Assembly (NCBI GenBank): GCA_033763375.1
Contig: JANRKR010000006.1
Span: 1 to 49,217 of the forward strand
Direction: 5' to 3'
Length of the DNA stretch: 49,217 nucleotides
DNA from: Rickettsiales bacterium
GTDB lineage: Bacteria > Pseudomonadota > Alphaproteobacteria > Rickettsiales > UBA1997
The notes under the pieces were generated by a model. It searched no databases, was not told the origin of the DNA, and worked only from the letters and a program-made list of their open reading frames with translations. Shown here in pieces: positions 36,399 to 44,055 of the stretch (position 1 is its first letter; the number at the start of each line of letters is the position of its first letter). The position numbers were made by a program, and so were the translations under genes.

Positions 36399-37261
36399 TG
36401 AAAATTTCACTACCTATAAAATCCAAAGCACATGAATCGCGCATAAAAGAAATTGCTGAAATTATTATTAAATCGGCAAAAGACAAAATCGCTTTTTTGA
36501 TTTTATTTGGCTCTTTTGCGCGCGGTACTTGGGTTCGTTATAAATATGCTGAAATGGGCGTGGTTTATGAATACGCTTCTGATTACGATTTTTTAATTAT
36601 TACTAAAACTGGCAAACAAGCCAATGGCAACACAGCTTTTGATCTTGAGAGAAAGATTAAAAAAGCAATTGAGAACTCAACGCCAATTAGAGAAATACAT
36701 CGCAGCCATATTATTATTGAGTCGGTCAATCGCGTGAATGAAGAGCTCGAGAAATCGCAATATTTTTTCTCTGACATTAAGAAAGAAGGAATTTTGCTTT
36801 ACGATTCTGGAGAATTTGAATTGTCTAATCCAAAAGAATTTAACAAAGAGCAAAGAGAAAAAATTGCCAAACTAAATTATGAGCATTGGCTTGCCAGCGC
36901 CAACGGATTTTTGATTGATTGCGAAAGTGCCTTTAAGCGAAATGATTATAAAAGAGCCTCGTTTTATCTGCATCAAGCAACAGAAAGTCTTTACAGTTGT
37001 GCTTTATTAACCCTTGGCGGATACAAACCAAAATCTCACAATCTTGAAGAATTAAACCAGCTCTGCATTTTTTATTCTCCTGATTTCTTAACGATTTTCC
37101 CCAAAGCTATTAAAGAGCAAAAAGAATGTTTTGAGCTTTTGCAGCGGTCTTACATAGAAGCTCGTTATAGTGAATATTTCTGTATCACCAAAGCGCAATT
37201 AGAATATTTGATTGCAAAAGTTGAGGGACTGAAAGGCTTGGTTAAAAGTGTTTGTTGTTGA
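36398..37261 (+). CDS. fused nucleotidyltransferase (MNT/Pol-beta-type) - HEPN domain protein
   Basis: The N-terminal half has LFGSFARGT...SDYDFLII (GS...DxD NTase motif). The C-terminal half has KRASFYLHQATESLYSCALLTLGGYKPKSHNLEEL and SYIEARYSE, typical of the PF05168-type HEPN pattern. ATG 36398 overlaps the kinase TGA (TGATG); an in-frame GTG lies at 36386. Confidence 0.7.
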   Translation: MKISLPIKSKAHESRIKEIAEIIIKSAKDKIAFLILFGSFARGTWVRYKYAEMGVVYEYASDYDFLIITKTGKQANGNTAFDLERKIKKAIENSTPIREIHRSHIIIESVNRVNEELEKSQYFFSDIKKEGILLYDSGEFELSNPKEFNKEQREKIAKLNYEHWLASANGFLIDCESAFKRNDYKRASFYLHQATESLYSCALLTLGGYKPKSHNLEELNQLCIFYSPDFLTIFPKAIKEQKECFELLQRSYIEARYSEYFCITKAQLEYLIAKVEGLKGLVKSVCC

Positions 37262-37302
37262 AAATTTCTTTAAAAAAGAAAAGTTATGGCTAGTGTTGTT
37301 TA

Positions 37303-37357
37303 CAAACACAGCGCCACTCAAATCAAAACCCTAATTTCAAAATCAATTTTAAGTTAA
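37303..37357 (+). repeat. right copy of the 55-bp direct repeat (relic gpsA 3' end abutting guaA)
   Basis: See 32953..33007. It is embedded in a 23-codon relic ORF (37286..37357, [23 protein letters not shown]). Confidence 0.9.
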
Positions 37358-38892
37358 TGTCCAACTCAATTTTAATTATCGACTTTGGTAGTCAGGTAAC
37401 ACAATTAATTGCGCGCAGAATTCGTGAGCTTGGTGTTTTTTGTGAGGTGAAAAATCCTGACATCGCGCTTGATCAAATTAAAAAAATTGCACCTAAGGCG
37501 ATTATTTTTTCTGGCGGGCCGGCGTCAGTTTATGAAAAAAACGCGCCAACAATTGATAAAAAAATTTTCGATTTAGGCGCGCCAATTCTTGGAATTTGCT
37601 ATGGCGAGCAATTAATCTGTCATTTGCTTGGCGGCAAAGTTGGCAAATCTTTTGAGCGCGAATTTGGTAAGGCTGAAATTAAAATAATTTCCAATTCGCC
37701 ACTTTTAAAAACTCTGAAAAGCAAGCAAGTTTGGATGAGTCATGGCGATCACATCAGCAAAATTCCGGCAGGTTTTAAAGTTATTGCGGTCACGCCAAAA
37801 GCGCCTTACGCGGCAATTGCTGATGAGAAAAGAAAAATTTACGGCGTGCAGTTTCATCCTGAAGTTGTTCATTCAATTGATGGCAAAAAAATCATCGAAA
37901 ATTTTGTGATGAAAATCGCTGGCTGTAAGGCCGAATGGACAATGAAAAATTTCAAAAAAGATGAAATTTTAGAAATTAAAAAAATTGTCGGCAAAAATCG
38001 CGTAATCTGCGGACTCAGTGGTGGCGTGGATTCATCGGTTGTTGCAGCGTTGATTAATGAGGCAATTGGCAAACAATTAACTTGCATTTTTGTTGATCAC
38101 GGACTTTTGCGCAAAGGCGAGGGCGCGGAGGTTAAAGAAGTTTTTCACAAAAAATTTAAAACTAATTTGGTTTATGTTGATGCTTCCAAGCTTTTCTTAT
38201 CAAAGCTAAAAGGCGTTTTGGATCCTGAGAAAAAACGTAAAATTATCGGCAAAACTTTTATTGAAGTTTTTGATCGCGAGGCAGCAAAAATCAAAGACGC
38301 CAATTTTTTGGCGCAAGGAACTTTATATCCCGACGTGATTGAATCTTCGCACCCAAATAAAGGCGCTTCTCACACTATTAAGTCGCATCACAATGTTGGC
38401 GGCTTGCCAAAAAAAATGAAATTAAAATTGCTCGAACCAGTTCGCATGCTGTTCAAAGACGAAGTGCGTTTGCTGGGTCGTGAGCTTGGTTTGCCTGAAC
38501 ATGTTGTTGGGCGTCATCCTTTTCCGGGCCCAGGACTTGCAATTAGAATTATTGGCGAAATCACGCCAGAAAAAATAAAAATTTTACAAGAAGCTGACGC
38601 AATCTATATTGAAGAAATCCGCAAGGCGGGATTATACAACGAGATTTGGCAAGCGTTTAGTGTGTTGCTCCCAATTAAAACTGTTGGCGTAATGGGTGAC
38701 GCCAGAACTTATGAAAACGTCTTGGCACTGCGCGCCGTCACCTCAATTGATGGTATGACCGCTGACGTTTATCGCTTCGATTCCGAATTTCTCTGTAATG
38801 TAACTAATCGCATCATCAACGAAGTGCGCGGCATCAATCGCGTGGTTTATGACTTCACTTCCAAGCCACCGGGAACTATTGAGTGGGAATAA
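37357..38892 (+). CDS. guaA: GMP synthase (glutamine-hydrolysing)
   Basis: 511 aa. It has a GATase domain ([15 protein letters not shown]), the ATP-PPase P-loop [10 protein letters not shown] and a C-terminal GTIEWE. Confidence 0.92.
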   Translation: MSNSILIIDFGSQVTQLIARRIRELGVFCEVKNPDIALDQIKKIAPKAIIFSGGPASVYEKNAPTIDKKIFDLGAPILGICYGEQLICHLLGGKVGKSFEREFGKAEIKIISNSPLLKTLKSKQVWMSHGDHISKIPAGFKVIAVTPKAPYAAIADEKRKIYGVQFHPEVVHSIDGKKIIENFVMKIAGCKAEWTMKNFKKDEILEIKKIVGKNRVICGLSGGVDSSVVAALINEAIGKQLTCIFVDHGLLRKGEGAEVKEVFHKKFKTNLVYVDASKLFLSKLKGVLDPEKKRKIIGKTFIEVFDREAAKIKDANFLAQGTLYPDVIESSHPNKGASHTIKSHHNVGGLPKKMKLKLLEPVRMLFKDEVRLLGRELGLPEHVVGRHPFPGPGLAIRIIGEITPEKIKILQEADAIYIEEIRKAGLYNEIWQAFSVLLPIKTVGVMGDARTYENVLALRAVTSIDGMTADVYRFDSEFLCNVTNRIINEVRGINRVVYDFTSKPPGTIEWE

Positions 38893-38921
38893 TCTTGCGT
38901 CGCTTCTTATAAAAACTAGTC

Positions 38922-38955
38922 AGCCGCCTTCACAATAAATTCTGCGAAGGCGGCT
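38922..38955 (+). terminator. 10-bp perfect GC-rich stem (agccgccttc / gaaggcggct) with 14-nt loop downstream of guaA
   Basis: Read directly. There is no clear T-run afterwards, so terminator function is tentative. Confidence 0.3.
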
Positions 38956-39163
38956 TCAGTGGCTATTGCCAATTTGTTAGCTTTATCTCAGATCGAGTAT
39001 ATTATTTAGTCAAAGACTTTTTTCCGTTAGCCTAGAAAAAAATGCCTTGAGATAGAAGGTAAAATACAACAGAAACTTTAAACATTTAAAAAATACGAAT
39101 CGCTGTTTATAGTTTGGTGCTATTGCTTCAAAGGCTTTTAAGCTTTTAATGTTAGTGGAAGCT

Positions 39164-39541
39164 TTATTTTTTCTCTTTACGAACTTCTTTTACTACAGCT
39201 TTGCAGGAAGAAACATCATTGGCATTTGCGCTAACTTTAATTTCTTTGCCTTTTAAATTAGCAGATTTGCTTTCAAGAACTTGGGCAAAACAATTTCTCC
39301 ACAAGCCTTTTCCTTCTTTAAATCCGCCAGCAACGAAGCCTAATTTTTTACATTCGCCAAGAATATTTTGGCAGGCAGAATTTTTTTCAATTTCAGCGCG
39401 AAGAGCGATTTCTTTAGCGTCAATGTCGGAATTTTCGTGATGATTTTTTGCTTTGGTTGCAATTGTTTCTTGAGCATTGGCAGTTGTTGCTAAAGCAAGA
39501 AAAGCGCAAATCGACAAAGTGGTTAAAAAAGTTTTTTTCAT
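39164..39541 (-). CDS. small secreted Cys-containing protein
   Basis: 125 aa with a signal peptide (..LALATTANAQ) and four Cys in the mature part. It is Lys-rich. The gene is monocistronic, flanked by 271-bp and 184-bp non-coding regions. Confidence 0.5.
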   Translation of the reverse strand: MKKTFLTTLSICAFLALATTANAQETIATKAKNHHENSDIDAKEIALRAEIEKNSACQNILGECKKLGFVAGGFKEGKGLWRNCFAQVLESKSANLKGKEIKVSANANDVSSCKAVVKEVRKEKK

Positions 39542-39725
39542 AAAAATTTTAATTTAATTAATAAATGGCTTTGAAAATTAAAGCTTGTCAACTCAAGTAA
39601 AATAAGAGCTAAATTAAGCAAGAATAAGTTCTATTTTTAAGAAGATTAATTCAAAAAAACTTTTGCCTAATTTGCTTTCAATATGCACGATTGCGAAAAA
39701 AAACTAAATCTAATTTTTAAAATCT

Positions 39726-41051
39726 ATGCCAAAATTTGAACTTCCATATTTGCAAAAAATTTCTGCGGATAAAAAAATTCTCTATAAAAATGCCCGCATA
39801 ATTGATCCTGAATCAGGATATGACAAGCTTGGCAGCCTTTTAACAATTGGTGATAAAATTGCCGATTTTGGTGAAAATGTTTCGGCGTCAGACGCTGAAG
39901 TTGTTGATTGTAAAGGCCATGTTTTATCTCCTGGATTAATCGATATTCAAGTTCACTTCCGCGATCCCGGGCAAACTCATAAAGAAGATTTAGCTTCAGG
40001 AAGCAAGTCGGCAGTAGCTGGCGGAATCACAACTGTGGTGTGTCAACCAAATACCATTCCAACTCTCGACTCGGTTTTAACTTTTGATTACTTGCGCTTA
40101 AAAGCCATTGAGGCGGCTTATTGCAACGTCAAAGCCTATGGCTGCATTACCAAAGGCATGAAAGGCGAAGAACTTGCCGACATGCACTCGCTTAAAGAAG
40201 CGGGAGCAGTTGGTTTTACTGACGATGGTTTGCCAGTTATGAATGCTAATGTCATGCGTCGCGCTTTTGAATATTCTAAAAATTTAAACGTAGTAATTGC
40301 TCAGCACGCCGAAGATTTAAATTTGACTAACAAAGGCTGTATTAATGAAGGCAAAGTGTCGCTTGAACTTGGCGTGCGCGGTATTCCTAACATTTCTGAA
40401 AGCGTGATTGTAGAGCGCGATTTGGCGATTCTTGAAAGCACGGGCGGACGTTATCACTTGCTGCACGTTTCAACCGCGCAAGCTTTAGATGCAATTAAGC
40501 GCGCCAAAGCAAAAGGCTTGAATGCCACAGTTGAAGTGTCGCCACATCATTTTACTTTAACTGATGCGCAAGTTTTAAAATCAGGAACTAACGCTAAAAT
40601 GAATCCGCCACTTCGAAGTGAAGCTGATCGCGACGCTTTAATTGAAGGCTTGCGCTCTGGTTTGATTGACGCTATTGCCACCGATCACGCGCCGCACGAT
40701 GAGCTTTCCAAAGAAAAAACTTTAGAAGAAGCAACCTTTGGCATTGTTGGCGTTGAAACCATGCTGCCACTTTCTTTGGCGCTTTATCATCAAGGCGTTT
40801 TAAGCTTAAAAGACTTGCTTGCCAAAATGACTTGCAACGCTGCAAAAATAATTAACTTTGACGGCGGCGTAATCAAAAAAGGTGCGCGCGCTGATTTAAC
40901 GCTGATTGATCTTAACCATGAATGGACAATCGATTCGCAAAAATTTCACTCAAAATCAAAAAATTCACCATTTGATGGCTTTAAAGTAAAAGGTCGCGCC
41001 ATCATGACCACAGTTGGTGGGAAAATAGTTTATGATGAAAAAAATATTTAA
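39726..41051 (+). CDS. pyrC: dihydroorotase (class I, long form)
   Basis: 441 aa with DIQVHFRDPG (the HxH-type metal site is QVH here), GGITTVVCQPNT and ATDHAPH. Confidence 0.85.
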   Translation: MPKFELPYLQKISADKKILYKNARIIDPESGYDKLGSLLTIGDKIADFGENVSASDAEVVDCKGHVLSPGLIDIQVHFRDPGQTHKEDLASGSKSAVAGGITTVVCQPNTIPTLDSVLTFDYLRLKAIEAAYCNVKAYGCITKGMKGEELADMHSLKEAGAVGFTDDGLPVMNANVMRRAFEYSKNLNVVIAQHAEDLNLTNKGCINEGKVSLELGVRGIPNISESVIVERDLAILESTGGRYHLLHVSTAQALDAIKRAKAKGLNATVEVSPHHFTLTDAQVLKSGTNAKMNPPLRSEADRDALIEGLRSGLIDAIATDHAPHDELSKEKTLEEATFGIVGVETMLPLSLALYHQGVLSLKDLLAKMTCNAAKIINFDGGVIKKGARADLTLIDLNHEWTIDSQKFHSKSKNSPFDGFKVKGRAIMTTVGGKIVYDEKNI

Positions 41052-42057
41052 AACACGCTCGGCAAAGCTTATTTTTTATTGCCTGATTCTGGCGATCCTA
41101 AATTTTTTTTTAACCAATAAAGAAGGCTCAATTCTTCAGCCGCTGGTTGGAATTTTATTTTACGCGGCTATTTTTAGCATTTTTTTTGATTGCTATAAAA
41201 GGCGTCTTCCAACCTTTGTTGGCGCTATCACAGCGCTTTTAATAATTATATATATAATCGCCTATCAACTCAGCCAAAACCAGTTTAATAAAATTGATCA
41301 AGAAATCAGCGCCGCCCAAAAGCAGTCAACTAAAATTGCCTTCGACATTAAATCCGACAAGTTAGTTTTTGCTCAAGATTTAGGTGTTTATAAAATAAGA
41401 TCATTGATGCAGTTTTATGATTTTCCGGCAATTTACTTCAAAACTTCTGATCCCAAAAAATTTATTTCTTATAGTATTTTTGACCAAGATTTTTGTCGCC
41501 AATTAACAAAAAAACTTGGGCTAAAAAGTGCAAATTCTCCATCGCAAAAAGAAATTGAAGAAGATGATAAGAATGACGATCCTGGTGTGGTTTTGGTTGG
41601 GGTTAGCGAGCAAGTTTTTTCCTCGCCAAATAGTGAAATTGCGGTTTCTTATTTAAAAAACTTTCAACCTTCAAGAACTTTGCAAAGCGGATGGGAAAGG
41701 CACAAAACAATAAGAAAGGTGTGTCTACTCAAACAAGTTGAAATCTTAGAAACTGACAGAATCTTTCACATCGATATTTCAACAAAAAAAAGACACGGTT
41801 TTATTTTTAATGCTGACGAAACTCATATAAAAATTACCACGCCGCAAAAAGAAGAAATTAATTTGATGGCCTCAGCCAGAATAATCAAAGAGCCATTTTT
41901 TGTTTTTCTTGGAATTAATAATCAGCAAAAAGGTTATGGTGAATATGAAATAGAAAAAATAACAAAAATCTTTTCAATTGAAGCTTCAAATATTGCGACT
42001 TCTTCTAGATTGCGTAGTAATGACGAAATTTTACCAAAAACTGTTGAAACAAAATGA
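41032..42057 (+). CDS. hypothetical membrane protein (3 N-terminal TM segments + ~250-aa soluble domain)
   Basis: 341-aa ORF overlapping pyrC by 20 nt and thiD by 4 nt. I recognise no family motif. Confidence 0.5.
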   Translation: MMKKIFKTRSAKLIFYCLILAILNFFLTNKEGSILQPLVGILFYAAIFSIFFDCYKRRLPTFVGAITALLIIIYIIAYQLSQNQFNKIDQEISAAQKQSTKIAFDIKSDKLVFAQDLGVYKIRSLMQFYDFPAIYFKTSDPKKFISYSIFDQDFCRQLTKKLGLKSANSPSQKEIEEDDKNDDPGVVLVGVSEQVFSSPNSEIAVSYLKNFQPSRTLQSGWERHKTIRKVCLLKQVEILETDRIFHIDISTKKRHGFIFNADETHIKITTPQKEEINLMASARIIKEPFFVFLGINNQQKGYGEYEIEKITKIFSIEASNIATSSRLRSNDEILPKTVETK

Positions 42058-42851
42058 CTGCAAAAATTTTAATTATTGCCGGTTCCGATCCAAGTGGCGG
42101 CGCGGGAATTCAGGCTGATATTAAAACTGCTAGCGCCAATAAAGTTTATTCATCAGCCGTAATTACTTGCTTGACGGCGCAAAATACTTGCAAAGTTTTT
42201 GATATTTTTTATCCGCCAATTGAATTTTTGCGCGCTCAAATTGCAGCAGTTTTGGATGATATAAAATTTGATGCCATAAAAATTGGTATGCTGGGAAATG
42301 CTGAAATTATTGATTGTGTGGCAGATGTTTTACAAAAAAAAGCTAAAAAAATTCCGCTAATTCTTGATCCAGTAATGGTTGCTACTTCGGGCGATTTATT
42401 GCTGAAAAAAAATGCGCTTGCGGCTTTAAAATCAAAACTCATTAAAAATGCTTTTATTGTAACGCCAAATATTGATGAAGCAGAAATTTTAGCCGAAATA
42501 AAAATTAAAAATTTAGAAGACATGAAGCGCGCCGCCTTGAAAATCAAAGCTTTAGGCTGTAAGTCAGTTTTGGTAAAAGGTGGGCATTTAAAATTTTTGG
42601 ATGGCAAAATTCACTCAATTTTACTTGATGAGAAAAATAAATTTCATGTGATTAGCAATCAAAAATTCGGTAATAAAAATTTACACGGAACTGGCTGCAC
42701 ATTGGCTTCAGCGCTTGCCTGTAACTTGGCTAAAAAAGTTTCGCTAGTTACAGCGGTTAAAAAATCTAATAATTATGTCTATGGCGCTATTTTAAAAAAT
42801 ATGAAAGTTGGCAAAGGTAGCAAAGTTTTGTGGCACTTTAGCGTTTTATGA
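42054..42851 (+). CDS. thiD: hydroxymethylpyrimidine/phosphomethylpyrimidine kinase
   Basis: 265 aa with ILIIAGSDPSGGAGIQADIKT, DPVMVATSGD and HGTGCTLASA. Confidence 0.88.
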   Translation: MTAKILIIAGSDPSGGAGIQADIKTASANKVYSSAVITCLTAQNTCKVFDIFYPPIEFLRAQIAAVLDDIKFDAIKIGMLGNAEIIDCVADVLQKKAKKIPLILDPVMVATSGDLLLKKNALAALKSKLIKNAFIVTPNIDEAEILAEIKIKNLEDMKRAALKIKALGCKSVLVKGGHLKFLDGKIHSILLDEKNKFHVISNQKFGNKNLHGTGCTLASALACNLAKKVSLVTAVKKSNNYVYGAILKNMKVGKGSKVLWHFSVL

Positions 42852-44030
42852 TTTGCCTTGAGCTTTAGAATTATTGTCCAGTTGTTTGGAAGAAGGTTTT
42901 TTTATTGATGATGAAGGCGCTAAGTCTAGTCCATTTTCTAGTGCTAAATCCTTTAAAGTTTTAAATGCTTCTGATTCTTTATTTTTAGATAATTTTTGTG
43001 CTGCTTGTATAATAATTTTCTTACCTTTTTTTCTTTCTTCTTCTTGACGTTCAGTAAAATTTTCACCTCTTGGCGGCACTAAAAATTTTATTATTTGACC
43101 AATATCTTTGTTCAATAAATTGCTTTCATTGATGTTGTTTTTTTGTGCAGCATCTTTTAGTGCTTTTAAAATTTTTTCTTCAGCTAAAATTTTTTTATTT
43201 CTTTCTTCGTAAAATGCTAATTGCTCTGGAGTTTTTTGTTCCTCTTCTTCTTTAAAAGCTTTAGTAACTTTTTTATAAGAAACTTGCTGTGAATTTATGC
43301 GATTGATAGCTTCCTGTTCTTCTTCGGCAATTTGTTTTGCCAAAGCTGCGTCTGAAATTATTTGATAGTTTGGTTTTTTGTCTTGACTTCCTTGGGTTTG
43401 TTCAGATTCATCAACAATAAATTTTTGTTCTAAAATTTGGGTGAAAATTGCTTCTGCCAGAATATTTTCAGGAGTATTTTCAGAGTTCAATGCTTGCTTA
43501 GTTTGAGAGAAAATATTAGCAGATTCTGTTTTATTTTTTTTAATAAAATTTATAACTTTAATTAAGATAGAAAAAGCTTCGTCTAAACTTTCAAATTCCT
43601 CTTTTAGGGGTTTTAAACTTTCTTCCAAAGAACTAATATCATTTGATTCTATCATGTCTCTAAAAAAGTGAGCTGCTGCACCATTAATAATTTCATCGTC
43701 GATGCTTTCTTCGTTTATAGTTTCTTCTGCATCAACTAAATCAGCATTAATAACTAGTTGTGTTGATGTACTTTCAACAGCTGTTGTAATTGATTTTATA
43801 AATTTAATATATCTTGGTATTGTCGAATTTTCTGCTTCAATTGTTTTCTCAATTAATCTATTCGTGGATTGTTTTTCTTCTATTATTTTTTTCTGGCTTT
43901 TAACATAGCCTAACTCCCTCGATTGTATATTTTGTGAATCTTTTTCGTTAGATATTGCTTTAAAATTAAGCATTGTACTAACAAATCCTATCACATCTAA
44001 CTCGTTTAAATTTTGATTAATGCTTTTCAT
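42846..44030 (-). CDS. hypothetical acidic coiled-coil-rich protein
   Basis: 394-aa uninterrupted ORF with no signal peptide or TM, rich in Glu/Lys/Gln. It contains SDAALAKQIAEEEQE (aa 226-240). Confidence 0.55.
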   Translation of the reverse strand: MKSINQNLNELDVIGFVSTMLNFKAISNEKDSQNIQSRELGYVKSQKKIIEEKQSTNRLIEKTIEAENSTIPRYIKFIKSITTAVESTSTQLVINADLVDAEETINEESIDDEIINGAAAHFFRDMIESNDISSLEESLKPLKEEFESLDEAFSILIKVINFIKKNKTESANIFSQTKQALNSENTPENILAEAIFTQILEQKFIVDESEQTQGSQDKKPNYQIISDAALAKQIAEEEQEAINRINSQQVSYKKVTKAFKEEEEQKTPEQLAFYEERNKKILAEEKILKALKDAAQKNNINESNLLNKDIGQIIKFLVPPRGENFTERQEEERKKGKKIIIQAAQKLSKNKESEAFKTLKDLALENGLDLAPSSSIKKPSSKQLDNNSKAQGKS

Positions 44031-44055
44031 TAGTTATTCTTTTTCGTTCTAAAAT

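Larger units (their letters stand above)
33008..37357. mobile_element. 4.35-kb inserted islet between gpsA and guaA, bounded by 55-bp direct repeats; no recombinase gene present
   Basis: The direct repeats duplicate the last 17 codons plus stop of gpsA. The right copy restores the TAATG junction with guaA. The cargo is three genes unrelated to the flanking housekeeping genes. Confidence 0.55.

Noticed and set aside
38893-39163. tRNA or other structured RNA gene in the large guaA-downstream spacer (and in 39542..39725, 31485..31613, 34099..34259).
   Set aside because: I found no cloverleaf-compatible segments (no GTTCRANYC T-loop box, no acceptor-stem pairing). Only isolated hairpins are present. 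This needs a covariance-model scan for a definitive answer.
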